A DNA stretch of 64,000 nucleotides from an uncultured candidate division Zixibacteria bacterium (GTDB taxonomy: Bacteria; Zixibacteria; MSB-5A5; UBA10806; 4484-95). Below the pieces are notes generated by a model. It was not told the DNA's origin and did no database searches. It saw only the letters and a list, made by a program, of their open reading frames with translations. The stretch lies in NCBI GenBank assembly GCA_963668625.2, contig CAXXKA010000010.1, forward strand, positions 352,001 to 416,000, read 5' to 3'. Made by a program: the position numbers and the translations under genes. Below are positions 19,535 to 29,387 of the stretch, piece by piece (the first letter of the stretch is position 1; the number at the start of each line of letters is the position of its first letter).

Positions 19535-20860
19535 ATGGCAAACATCATCGTAGTTGATGATGATAAGGTACTGCGCAAGAATCTAGCGTTTTATATTCGA
19601 AGCCAGGGTTACGATGTTGATGTTGCTGAATCTGGCGAGGAAGCGGTTGAATTGGCAAAAAGCCGATTCTACGATATCGTTATCACAGATATCAGAATGG
19701 CTAAGATGTCCGGTTTCGAGCTGATGAAGAACGTCAAGAAGATTCATCCAGGCTCCGAAGTGATTCTTGTGACCGGTTACGGTAATATTCCCATGGCGGT
19801 TGATGCTATTCAGGGAGGCGCCGCTGATTTTATCTGCAAACCATTCGAGTTTGGCAGTTTGCTTTCACGAATCGAAAAAATCCTTAGACGCAGAGAACAG
19901 AATGTCGTTTCGGATGAGGATAAATACGATAGAATAATTACGAAATCTCAGAAAATGCAGGATGTTCTCGACCTGATCGCCAAAGCCTCGATGGCCGAGG
20001 TGGCCGTGTTGATCGAGGGCGAAACCGGCACCGGCAAGGAACTGGTTGCGCGGGCGGTTCATTCACGCTCGAATCGCAAAGATCAGCCGTTCATGGTTGT
20101 CGAATGTTATACGGGTAGCGAGGATGATTTGAGTCGCGAGCTTTTCGGCCAGTGGCTCGATCCATCCAGTGAATACTCCGGTATGATCGTTCGCGCCAAT
20201 GGCGGATCGCTTTTCATAAAGGATATCGATAATCTTTCACCCGCGCTGCAAACCAGGTTGTTAAGGTTCAGCCAGGATGGATTTTTTACCATACCCGAGA
20301 AGAACCAGAAAATCAAATCCAGTGTCAGGTTGATTTGCTCGAGCACCAAGAGTATCAAACGCCTGACCTCTATGGGTAATTTCCGTGAGGATCTGTTCTA
20401 CGCGATTAATATCATGCCGATTTACCTGCCGGCTCTACGTAACCGTATCGCCGATATTTTCCCGCTGGTGAATCATTTCATGGAAAAATATAGCGTCAAG
20501 TTCGATAAAGATATTAAAGCCATCTCGCCGGATATACTTGCCTGGATGCAGACATACCAGTGGCCGGGCAATGTCGCCGAGTTGGAAAATATTATCGCCA
20601 GAGCTTGCGCGCTCTCTACCAGTGACGTCATCGACGAATCGTTGGTATTTACCCTGCCGAAAGACCGTCCCGCCTCGGAGGAAGGCCCTGGATATCTCAA
20701 CGTTACCTTGAAAGACAACCAGAAAACCTTGATCCTCAAGGCGCTCAAGCAGAATAATGGTAATTACACCAGAACCGCCCAGCAACTGGGTATTTCCCGT
20801 ACCACGCTCTGGCGGCGCATGAAGAAATTCAAAATAGATGAAAAGGCTGTTGCCGTTTAG
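19535..20860 (+). CDS. NtrC-like response regulator (REC-AAA-Fis HTH) lacking GAFTGA
   Basis: VVDDD/TDIRM receiver, GETGTGKE, FREDLFY, WPGNVAEL, LGISRTTLWR. Confidence 0.92.
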   Translation: MANIIVVDDDKVLRKNLAFYIRSQGYDVDVAESGEEAVELAKSRFYDIVITDIRMAKMSGFELMKNVKKIHPGSEVILVTGYGNIPMAVDAIQGGAADFICKPFEFGSLLSRIEKILRRREQNVVSDEDKYDRIITKSQKMQDVLDLIAKASMAEVAVLIEGETGTGKELVARAVHSRSNRKDQPFMVVECYTGSEDDLSRELFGQWLDPSSEYSGMIVRANGGSLFIKDIDNLSPALQTRLLRFSQDGFFTIPEKNQKIKSSVRLICSSTKSIKRLTSMGNFREDLFYAINIMPIYLPALRNRIADIFPLVNHFMEKYSVKFDKDIKAISPDILAWMQTYQWPGNVAELENIIARACALSTSDVIDESLVFTLPKDRPASEEGPGYLNVTLKDNQKTLILKALKQNNGNYTRTAQQLGISRTTLWRRMKKFKIDEKAVAV

Positions 20861-20883
20861 ATAAATATAACATTCGATTTCTT

Positions 20884-20920
20884 AACCGGGCTGTGTGAAT
20901 TCGCGGCCCGGTTTTATTTT
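20884..20920 (+). terminator. Intrinsic terminator
   Basis: AACCGGGCTGTG...CGCGGCCCGGTT followed by a T-rich tract. Confidence 0.75.
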
Positions 20921-20979
20921 GAATTTATCCGTAATACTATTGTATATAGTTATAGAAACATAAGTGAAAGAGGTTAAGT

Positions 20980-21192
20980 ATGCCGCATCTTAATTTTGTT
21001 TGTCCGAAATGTTCCAGCACTCAATACGAGGTCGGTGAGTTTCGCGCAGCCAGTGGTTTCTGGACCAAGATTTTCGATGTTCAAAGCGCGCGGTTTTCTA
21101 CGGTGACCTGCAGGAAATGCCGCTATACGGAAATATATAAAGCTGACAGTAGTACGCTTGGGAATATATTCGATTTCATAACGAATGGTTGA
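20980..21192 (+). CDS. Zinc-ribbon protein (DUF2082-like)
   Basis: CPKC...KIFDVQ...F..VTCRKCRYTEIY. Confidence 0.85.
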   Translation: MPHLNFVCPKCSSTQYEVGEFRAASGFWTKIFDVQSARFSTVTCRKCRYTEIYKADSSTLGNIFDFITNG

Positions 21193-21380
21193 TAAAACTC
21201 CTCGGCACGAAGCGATATGGTTTTTGCTTATTCCTGGTTTCCGCCACTCGGGAGGCTGACCGTGTTACTATGGGCGGCTGTTATATCAAACAAAAATATA
21301 GGGGCGTTCCAGCGAACGTCCCTACATTTAGCTTATTATTCATTCGAGATCGTTATTACGTGTCACCCCGATATGTTTAA

Positions 21381-21872
21381 CTATTCATCCTCTATCGTGA
21401 ATTCCCATTTGCACCAGTACTCGCCATTGAAATCATCGGGCGGGCAGCGATGACATTTCGTTTTGATTCGCGGATCTATTGTTTGCGCGAAAGTAGTATA
21501 TTCCACGATACCGACCGATTTGCAGGGAAACGGTTTGAGATTTTTTCTATGACGGGCGTTCTGGACGCGGCAGGCGTTCATCTGAAAGACAGCGTGTTTG
21601 TCATCCTGCTCGATGACCTCCTGTTGGTTTATCTGCTCGTATAGTCTCTCATCCAGGGCCTTAATGAGCGCGGGTATACCGCCGCCCGGTTCGATGCCCA
21701 GCCTTTTCATGATACGCTTGGCCTCTATAGGCGAGAACCGTGACCAGGCCTCGGTATCCATCTCGATAGCGGCATCTATGCCATATTTTTTCTCGATCGC
21801 CTGAAACCATAATCCATCATGTGCCAGCCAGAGCTTAGCGAAATCCAATAATTTTTGATCTTTGATATCCAT
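21381..21872 (-). CDS. DUF6125-like protein
   Basis: WLAHDGLWFQAIE, CRVQ.AR, C.CPPD...WC.W.F. Confidence 0.8.
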   Translation of the reverse strand: MDIKDQKLLDFAKLWLAHDGLWFQAIEKKYGIDAAIEMDTEAWSRFSPIEAKRIMKRLGIEPGGGIPALIKALDERLYEQINQQEVIEQDDKHAVFQMNACRVQNARHRKNLKPFPCKSVGIVEYTTFAQTIDPRIKTKCHRCPPDDFNGEYWCKWEFTIEDE

Positions 21873-21913
21873 GCTTGCCTCAATTTCTAATGCATTATAA
21901 TTGTTGCGTTTTA

Positions 21914-22882
21914 TCAGCTATTGTCGCGAAGTTTCTCCAGGTCGGCATCCACCATGATTTTTACCATCTCCTCGAAACTTGTCCTGGGACGCCAACCGAG
22001 TGTTTTCTCGGCATATGAGGGATCACCCAAGAGAACATCCACCTCCGCCGGTCGTACGAATCTCGGATCGACTGTCACATAGTCGTTGTAGTCGAGATCT
22101 ACATGGCCGAACGCTTGTTCGCAAAAATCTCGTACCGAGTGATTCTTTCCGGTGGCCATCACGTAGTTATCGGGTTTATCATGCTGAAGCATCATCCACA
22201 TACCCTGAACGTAATCGGGCGCGTAACCCCAGTCACGTTTGGCATCGAGATTACCCAGCGCCAGTTTATCGGTTAGTCCGAGCTTTATCATGGCCGCGCC
22301 GTGTGTGATCTTGCGGGTAACGAATTCAAGTCCTCGGCGGGGTGACTCGTGGTTGAACAGGATGCCTGATACGCCGAATATATCGTAGCTTTCGCGATAA
22401 TTCACGGTGATGAAATGGCCGTACACTTTAGCTACGCCATAAGGCGAACGAGGGTAGAACGGGGTCGTCTCTTTCTGCGGCACCTCGACCACCTTGCCGA
22501 ACATCTCCGAGGACGAGGCCTGGTAGAATTTGATTTTGGGGTTAACGTGACGGATTGCCTCGAGGATTTTTGCCACGCCCAGGCCGGTGAATTCGCCGGT
22601 CAACAGCGGTTGACGCCAGCTGGTGGGGACGAACGACTGCGCCGCCAGGTTGTAGACCTCATCGGGTTTGCATTCCTCCAGAAGCTCAACCATCGAGAGC
22701 TGATCCAGCAGATCGGCGTAGCTAAGGGTGATTTTATCTTTAATATGTTCAATACGTTCGAAATTTTCGGTGGAGGCGCGGCGGACCATCCCCCAAACCT
22801 CGTAACCTTTTTCCAGAAGGAACTCGGCTAAATACGATCCATCCTGGCCGGTTATACCCGTAATTAGTGCTTTCATTTTCAC
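21914..22882 (-). CDS. gmd: GDP-mannose 4,6-dehydratase
   Basis: [39 protein letters not shown]. Confidence 0.98.
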   Translation of the reverse strand: MKMKALITGITGQDGSYLAEFLLEKGYEVWGMVRRASTENFERIEHIKDKITLSYADLLDQLSMVELLEECKPDEVYNLAAQSFVPTSWRQPLLTGEFTGLGVAKILEAIRHVNPKIKFYQASSSEMFGKVVEVPQKETTPFYPRSPYGVAKVYGHFITVNYRESYDIFGVSGILFNHESPRRGLEFVTRKITHGAAMIKLGLTDKLALGNLDAKRDWGYAPDYVQGMWMMLQHDKPDNYVMATGKNHSVRDFCEQAFGHVDLDYNDYVTVDPRFVRPAEVDVLLGDPSYAEKTLGWRPRTSFEEMVKIMVDADLEKLRDNS

Positions 22883-23126
22883 CTCTTTCGTTTGAGGTAA
22901 GATATATTTCCAGGTAGGGGTATGTCAATCGTATTATGGCCGTGATATAAAGCGTTTAAGTATTGATTGAATTCTGTGGTCGTTATTGCCCCTGCTGAAA
23001 TATTATCTATGGCAGTACCAGGCGGGGATGTCTGATAACCAAATAAAATTTTCTCGAATACGATTTCTATTGCCGGCTAAAACCTTTCTATTGATATTTG
23101 TTATACAAAATAATTATATTAATATT

Positions 23127-24014
23127 ATGGATAAAATCAACCTTAAAGTGCCGGCCAAGATCAATCTTTTCCTGCGTGTGTTGGATAAACGTTCCGATGG
23201 CTATCACAATATCGATAGTGTGATGCAGACGATTAATTTGTATGATGATCTCACGCTGGAAAAATCAGATAATCTCGAACTGATTTGCGAGGATTTACCC
23301 AACCTTCCAGCGGAAAGTAACCTGGCCTATAAAGCGGCTGAGATTGTATCTCAACAAGCCTATATCCCCGGCGTTAAGATAGTTCTGAAAAAGGCCATAC
23401 CCTCGGGCGCCGGTTTAGGTGGCGGTTCGGCGGATGCCGCATTCGTGATTCGCGGTTTAATGAGTTTATACAAGTTAAACCTGGATATCGATCAACTCCT
23501 TGATATGTCAACGAGTCTTGGAGCGGATGTTCCTTTTTTCCTCGGGCGCGGTCAGGCTCGGGTAGGCGGAATCGGCAATATTATGCAGGATATAAGGCTG
23601 CCGTTATCATACCGTATATTAGTAGTAAAACCTCCCTTTTCTGTTGACACATCAACAGCTTACGTGGGACTTGACAGGCTGAGGGAAGGCAAATTTTCCT
23701 TGACAAATGATCGAAAAAATACTTTATTACATAGGAATTTAACGGACCATGACTTTGTCCGAATTGCCAAGACATTTATAAACGACCTGGAGGAGATAGT
23801 TTTTTCCTGGTATAGCGAACTTATCCAGGTAAAGAAGTATCTGCTTGATGCTGGTGCTTTCCATGCCGGTATGTCCGGTTCTGGATCATCGGTGTTTGGG
23901 CTTTTTACTCCAGATAACAGAATTGATGAAACAGCGAGGAGGTTAACCGAAAATAACTATCTTGTATTCAATTGCAAGCCGGTGCTGCTCCCGCCGGCAA
24001 GCATAAGTAATTGA
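23127..24014 (+). CDS. ispE: 4-diphosphocytidyl-2-C-methyl-D-erythritol kinase
   Basis: PAKINLFL, IPSGAGLGGGSADAA, GADVPFF, MSGSGSSVF; start moved to ATG 23127. Confidence 0.96.
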   Translation: MDKINLKVPAKINLFLRVLDKRSDGYHNIDSVMQTINLYDDLTLEKSDNLELICEDLPNLPAESNLAYKAAEIVSQQAYIPGVKIVLKKAIPSGAGLGGGSADAAFVIRGLMSLYKLNLDIDQLLDMSTSLGADVPFFLGRGQARVGGIGNIMQDIRLPLSYRILVVKPPFSVDTSTAYVGLDRLREGKFSLTNDRKNTLLHRNLTDHDFVRIAKTFINDLEEIVFSWYSELIQVKKYLLDAGAFHAGMSGSGSSVFGLFTPDNRIDETARRLTENNYLVFNCKPVLLPPASISN

Positions 24015-24054
24015 GGGCAAATTGGAGCAAATAGCAGATCCGAGGGGAGGACCT

Positions 24055-24330
24055 GTGGAAATCACCGAGGTCAAACTGACTCTGAGAAATGAAGAAAAGC
24101 TGAAAGGATTTGCCAATATAACTTTTGATAATGCTTTTGTCATCAGAGGATTGAAAATCATCAACGGCTCGAAAGGTTTATTTATCTCGATGCCATCGAA
24201 GAGACGCTCCGATGGGACTTTCCAGGATATCGCGCATCCAATAAACCCGGATATGCGCAAAAGGATTGAGGAAATAGTACTCGATGCTTATAATTCGGAA
24301 GCTAGAGACCACCAGGAGTCGGCAACGTAA
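24055..24330 (+). CDS. spoVG: SpoVG family protein
   Basis: (M)EITEVK..., GLFISMPS, DIAHPIN; GGAGG RBS before GTG 24055; follows ispE. Confidence 0.95.
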   Translation: MEITEVKLTLRNEEKLKGFANITFDNAFVIRGLKIINGSKGLFISMPSKRRSDGTFQDIAHPINPDMRKRIEEIVLDAYNSEARDHQESAT

Positions 24331-24473
24331 AAGAATTGGCAACTGACCACAGCAATAAAAACTGGGTTAATCTCGTTTACAGGCTTATTATCCAAATAAG
24401 TCGTAAAGATTATAATTCATACCTGATGTTTTATTAATCTTGTTTTAAAGATACGTTTCATATACATTTAAGT

Positions 24474-25265
24474 ATGCTTGATATCAGAAAATCGTGGGAT
24501 AAAATCACAAATTTATATCTCCAAAAATACCCGATTATGAATGATACCATTCATTACGGACCGCTCTGTCCCGGCGAAAACAAATTGAACCTTCTGGGAG
24601 ATATAAAAGGTTTAAAAGCTATAGACCTGGGATGCGGCGCAGGGCAGAACGTTGTTGCGATGGCCAAAGCCGGCGCGACTGTCACCGGTGTCGATTTTTC
24701 AATAAATCAACTGACACAGGCAAAAGTATTGGCCAAAAATGAAAACATAAGAGCTGAATTTATCGAATCGAATATGAATGCCTTGCCTATGCTGGCCGAT
24801 CAATCTTTCGATATCGTTTTGACGGCTTGCGCTATCGCTTTCGTGAAAGAGCTCGAAAGCACACTTGAAGAGGTGTACAGAATTCTCGAGCCGGGGGGAA
24901 GGTTTATACTAGCGGTTATGCATCCCACGCAATATATTATAGATGGCGAAGAGGGGACCATGTATTTCAATTCGACATATCCGTTTAAGCCTCGAGTTTT
25001 GAAATGGAGCTGGGATTTTAAAGAGGCCTCGATTCCGTTTCAACATTACCTGCGTTCGGTGGCGGAATATCACAACGCGATTTCGGATGCCGGATTGAGA
25101 GTCAGTAAAATTGTCGAGCCTAAACCATACACGGGTTCGCCGCATGTTGGAATCTCAAAGGAGATAATGAGCGATTACCCTTATATCGCCAATCATTTAC
25201 CTGTTACGTTAATTATGCTGGCACATAAAGATCCATCGTCAACGATTGGAGAGCGTGATGGATAA
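24474..25265 (+). CDS. Class I SAM-dependent methyltransferase
   Basis: IDLGCGAG, VTGVDFS, RILEPGG. Confidence 0.92.
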   Translation: MLDIRKSWDKITNLYLQKYPIMNDTIHYGPLCPGENKLNLLGDIKGLKAIDLGCGAGQNVVAMAKAGATVTGVDFSINQLTQAKVLAKNENIRAEFIESNMNALPMLADQSFDIVLTACAIAFVKELESTLEEVYRILEPGGRFILAVMHPTQYIIDGEEGTMYFNSTYPFKPRVLKWSWDFKEASIPFQHYLRSVAEYHNAISDAGLRVSKIVEPKPYTGSPHVGISKEIMSDYPYIANHLPVTLIMLAHKDPSSTIGERDG

Positions 25266-25743
25266 AACGAATTATCTGAAATACTGGCAAATTGTCAGGC
25301 TGATGACAATAAAGCTTTTGGATGAGTTTCCGGCCGACTCGTTCGATTACAGGCCGGCTCCCGAAATAATGACTGTCTCGCAAATTTTCAAACATGTCCT
25401 GCAGGTGGAGGTATACATACGTGAGGGTTTTTTAACCAAGGAATGGAAAGACCCCGAGACTATCAGCAGCAATATGTTCGAAAAGGAGATGCTGAAAGAC
25501 CGTCTGAAATTGGAAAACGAGAAAACAGTAAAGCTCTTAGCCGAGTTGCCTGAGGGATATTTCCTCAAAAAGCGAGAGACGCCATTCGGCAACCTCACCG
25601 GCGAGCTTATTATAATGGTGGCAATCGATGAGGAGATTCACCATCGCGGGAACCTCTATACGTACCTCAGATGTCTGGGGATTACGCCGCCGCAAATGAT
25701 ACAAAAATATGTCGAGATTTTAAAGGAGACCGAGGATGTTTGA
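25258..25743 (+). CDS. DinB family protein
   Basis: FDYRP, H..., EEIHHRGNL..YLR..GI.PP. Confidence 0.88.
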   Translation: MDKTNYLKYWQIVRLMTIKLLDEFPADSFDYRPAPEIMTVSQIFKHVLQVEVYIREGFLTKEWKDPETISSNMFEKEMLKDRLKLENEKTVKLLAELPEGYFLKKRETPFGNLTGELIIMVAIDEEIHHRGNLYTYLRCLGITPPQMIQKYVEILKETEDV

Positions 25744-26959
25744 TAAACTCACCGCCAAGATAGACAGCTATAAACAGAGCGTTATCGATATACAGAAGCT
25801 ATTGGTTTCGGTGCCGGCGCTGGCCCCGGAAAATGACGGCGACGGCGAGGATTTGAAAGCGAAAGCGTTGATGGAGTACCTCAAGAAAGAGGGATTCCCC
25901 GAACCCATTAATTATCCCGCTCCCGATGACAGGGTAAGCTCGGGTGAAAGACCGAATCTCGTTTATCGTATAAAGGGCGAGGATTCCTCCAGGGCAATCT
26001 GGATTATGGCGCATACCGATGTCGTACCGGAAGGTGATCTAAATAAATGGGAATCCGATCCGTTCGAGCTTAAAGTCGATGGCGACAAGCTGATCGGTCG
26101 CGGTGTGGAGGATAACCATCAGGGGCTGGTAGCCGCTTACCTGACCGGCAAAGCCTTCATCGAGACCGGCATGAAACCCAAATACGACCTGTGCCTGTTA
26201 TTCGTGGCCGATGAGGAAGTCGGTTCTAAATTCGGGATCGGCTATATGCTGGAACATCACGATATTTTCGGTAAGGATGATTTGATACTGGTACCCGATT
26301 CGGGTGATGAATCCGGCGCCAATGTCGAGGTCGCGGAAAAATCGATTGTCTGGCTGAAAGTATCCACCAAGGGCAAACAGTGTCACGGCTCCCGTCCCGA
26401 CCAGGGCAAAAACGCGTTTCGCGCCGCCTCCAACCTGGTGGTGAAACTCGAGGATCTGTATAAAGAGTTCGACGCTAAAGACGAGCTGTTCGAGCCAGCT
26501 ATCTCGACATTCGAGCCGACCAAGAAAGAGGCTAATGTGCCCAATGTCAATACCATCCCCGGTGATGACGTTTTCTATATCGACTGCCGCGTGCTGCCTA
26601 CTTACAAGCTTCAGGACGTGCAGGATAAGATCAGGCAGTGGGCCGATGAGATCGAGAAGAAGTACGATGTCAAGATGACTATCAGCCATCTGCAGCGAGC
26701 TGAGGCCGCCCCGCCGACAGCGGTGGATGCCCCGGTGGTGGTCGCCCTGATGGCCGGTATCAAAGAAGTCTACAAGGTAGATCCCAGGCCGATCGGTATA
26801 GGCGGCGGTACGGTAGCGGCACTGTTCCGCAATCGCGGATATGGCGCAGCCGTCTGGGCGAAGATATTCGAGTCGGCGCATCAACCTAACGAGTATGCGT
26901 TGATTTCGAATACTATTGGTGACGCCAAGGTTTTCGCGCATGTTTGCGTGAACGCGTAA
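25736..26959 (+). CDS. M20 family metallohydrolase (DapE/ArgE-like)
   Basis: AHTDVVP, GRGVEDN, ADEEVGS, HGS, AHQPNE. Confidence 0.93.
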   Translation: MFDKLTAKIDSYKQSVIDIQKLLVSVPALAPENDGDGEDLKAKALMEYLKKEGFPEPINYPAPDDRVSSGERPNLVYRIKGEDSSRAIWIMAHTDVVPEGDLNKWESDPFELKVDGDKLIGRGVEDNHQGLVAAYLTGKAFIETGMKPKYDLCLLFVADEEVGSKFGIGYMLEHHDIFGKDDLILVPDSGDESGANVEVAEKSIVWLKVSTKGKQCHGSRPDQGKNAFRAASNLVVKLEDLYKEFDAKDELFEPAISTFEPTKKEANVPNVNTIPGDDVFYIDCRVLPTYKLQDVQDKIRQWADEIEKKYDVKMTISHLQRAEAAPPTAVDAPVVVALMAGIKEVYKVDPRPIGIGGGTVAALFRNRGYGAAVWAKIFESAHQPNEYALISNTIGDAKVFAHVCVNA

Positions 26960-27131
26960 AGATTTTACTTGACCGTAATTGATTGATATATATATAATTA
27001 TAAGAAATTAGCGAAATATGCATGGTTAACCGTGCATAATTAACTGTTTTGGTGTAACTGGTATTAAATCAATATGTTATGGGCAGTAAATAAGAATATT
27101 TAACATATAAAGAGAATCCAATTCTACAGGA

Positions 27132-27791
27132 TTGAAGATAATGAAGGTATCCTTTTCATATTTGCTTGTGTTACCAGTGTTATTAGTCCTTACGTATTTA
27201 GCAGGGATATTTTTTCCAGATTTAGCAGAACATTTAAAGGGATTAGAAGGTTTTGCTAGCTTGCTTATTGTAGTTTTAACTGCTGTATATGTTTTTTTTA
27301 CAGGCTTAATGGTACAGCAGATGATAAAAGCACAAGCCGACGAAAGAAGACCATACATTATTGCAGATTTTAATATTCAACACCCTCATGTGTGGTTTGT
27401 TGTGAAAAATATTGGTAGGCTTCCTGCGCTTAATCTAACAATAATAATCGATCCTGAGTTAATTGCTTTAAGGAAAAGTAATCTATCCCAAAAAGTATTT
27501 TCAACGCCATTTAAATTTTTCCCACCCGGAAAAGAATTTAGAACTTTTATTAATGCTGCATACGATTTCTTAGATGAATCACAGCCGGATAATTATACAA
27601 TCTCAATTAGCTATAATTGGCTTGGGCATAAAGAATTTGTAGCTGAAGAAATACATATAAATCTTGATGCATATAAGCATGCTATAACCGTTAATCAAAA
27701 TACCATTCACGATCTAACTAACGAGTTAATAGCGTTAAAAAAAGAGATTTCATCTATTGAAGGAAGTATAAAAAAAATAGCAAATCGATAG
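27132..27791 (+). CDS. Membrane-anchored hypothetical protein (AT-rich islet)
   Basis: Two N-terminal TM helices, RPYI motif, low GC. Confidence 0.7.
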   Translation: MKIMKVSFSYLLVLPVLLVLTYLAGIFFPDLAEHLKGLEGFASLLIVVLTAVYVFFTGLMVQQMIKAQADERRPYIIADFNIQHPHVWFVVKNIGRLPALNLTIIIDPELIALRKSNLSQKVFSTPFKFFPPGKEFRTFINAAYDFLDESQPDNYTISISYNWLGHKEFVAEEIHINLDAYKHAITVNQNTIHDLTNELIALKKEISSIEGSIKKIANR

Positions 27792-27999
27792 GTCAATTAT
27801 CAATCAAGTACCAAACACAAAATAGTTTTTTATTATAGAAATTAAGAAATGTATAAAACAAATTGCCATCATCCATTCCAACCTTACCAAATTTGTAATT
27901 AAACACATCAGGTATTAAGTTGTCAAAAATGGGGATTTTTAATAAAAACTCAATATATCCTCGTATAATTTGATTACTCCAATTAAAATCATCAACTAT

Positions 28000-28254
28000 C
28001 ACTAGTGTCCGGTCTTTTCATCTCGTTGCGAAGCGCTGCTTCGCAACGTGGCTTGTTTGCCGGCAGAATGTGCATTCTACATGATTCAAGAAGGTTTCCA
28101 AGCAGCGCTTGGAAACCAGAAAACCAAGCCTAACATCGGCAGGATATGTCAGGATGAATGATACGCTGAATAAAATAATTATATCGGAAAATATTTTTCA
28201 TTAACAATTCCAAGGAGAAATTTAAAATTTAACGAAAAACACCGGACACTAGTG
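28000..28254. mobile_element. MITE (255 bp) with IS4-like terminal inverted repeats
   Basis: TIR CACTAGTGTCCGGT / ACCGGACACTAGTG; 9-bp TSD ATCAACTAT at 27991-27999 and 28255-28263. Confidence 0.9.
28022..28119. repeat. REP-like palindrome pair inside the MITE
   Basis: GTTGCGAAGCgctGCTTCGCAAC and GGTTTCCAAGCagcGCTTGGAAACC. Confidence 0.6.
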
Positions 28255-28794
28255 ATCAACTATAAATGGTGAAACCCCATGAGGAAATTTAAAATCTCTA
28301 TTACCAAAGTGATGAAATAATATTGCTTTCGATATGGAATCTAATATTGGATTTACCCTATTATACTCACCTTTAATTACCTTGTGATTACCTAGAAAAA
28401 TCCCCGAAGGACTAAATAATTTGTTATCGCTTATCATGTTTCTTAATCCTCCTTTAATAGATGGATTATATAAAAACGACTTTGTTACTTTATTATTATA
28501 GATTTCCAATGCTTCCTTATTGTAGTGCGCTGAAGCAGTGACTATCCAATTACGAAAGTATTCTATGTCTTTCGAGTCACCATTATTACATTCTTTACAT
28601 GATGGTACTATAATTAGCTTGCCCCTGTTTTCATTTGTCACTAAGCATTTTGGAGGGATGTGTTCTTTTGTTTTTGTCGTATTGTCTAACTCACACCCAC
28701 ATTTATAACAAATATCTTTCCTCATGATTAAAATATAGTTATAAATCGTAGGATGGTAAATGAAAATATTATTTAGAATATATGGAGGTAAACA

Positions 28795-29208
28795 ATGAAA
28801 TCACACACATACTATCACATATTCCAAACACAGAAGAAACGCGAGTACATTCGGGTAACCGATATCGTCGAGGAACAACTGGCTAAATCAGGTATCAAAG
28901 AGGGGCTGTGCTTAGTCAGCGCTATGCATATAACCGCAGCCGTGTATGTCAATGATGCCGAAAGCGGACTTTTGCAGGATATCGAGGAATGGCTGCAGAA
29001 ATTAGCCCCCGAGGGTCCGGATTATAATCATCACAGAACCGGTGAAGTGAACGGTGACGCTCACCTGAAAAATTTGCTATTGCACAATCAAACCATGCTG
29101 CCGGTAACCGATGGTAAACTCGATCTAGGCCCGTGGCAAGAGATCTACTACGCCGAATTCGACGGTCGTCGTAAGAAACGAATGATAGTAAAAATCATCG
29201 GTGAATAG
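28795..29208 (+). CDS. YjbQ/UPF0047 family protein
   Basis: [31 protein letters not shown]. Confidence 0.93.
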   Translation: MKSHTYYHIFQTQKKREYIRVTDIVEEQLAKSGIKEGLCLVSAMHITAAVYVNDAESGLLQDIEEWLQKLAPEGPDYNHHRTGEVNGDAHLKNLLLHNQTMLPVTDGKLDLGPWQEIYYAEFDGRRKKRMIVKIIGE

Positions 29209-29387
29209 TTCCAATTGTTAATTGCTTATTGGCGTACTATTATGTATGGTGATGATAATAAGGATGTTTCAGTTGTTTTTTTGTTGATCATTATTGTCAT
29301 GTTATTCTAATTAGTTAACACTATTATCCGATAATCTTGATAAAAGATTAATTGAAAGAAACAATATGCACTTTTTAGGAGGGAAGC

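Larger units (their letters stand above)
27793..28725 (-). pseudogene. HNH-like nuclease gene interrupted by a MITE
   Basis: CYKC..TKEHIPP..VPSCKECN motif; removing the 255-bp element plus one 9-bp TSD fuses ORFs 28249-28725 and 27793-28002 in frame (about 222 aa). Confidence 0.8.

Noticed and set aside
22986-23126. N-terminal extensions from the ORF track for ispE, spoVG, 36467 and 54793
   Set aside because: Homology, RBS or signal peptide begins at downstream starts (23127, 24055, 36560, 54823).
23700-23730. Internal promoter in ispE driving spoVG
   Set aside because: TTGACA is present, but there is no convincing -10 box at 16-18 bp.
25736-26959. Calling the M20 hydrolase lysK
   Set aside because: It lies about 28 kb from the lys operon in a different context and looks like a general DapE/ArgE-type enzyme. 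Action in trans cannot be excluded but is unsupported.
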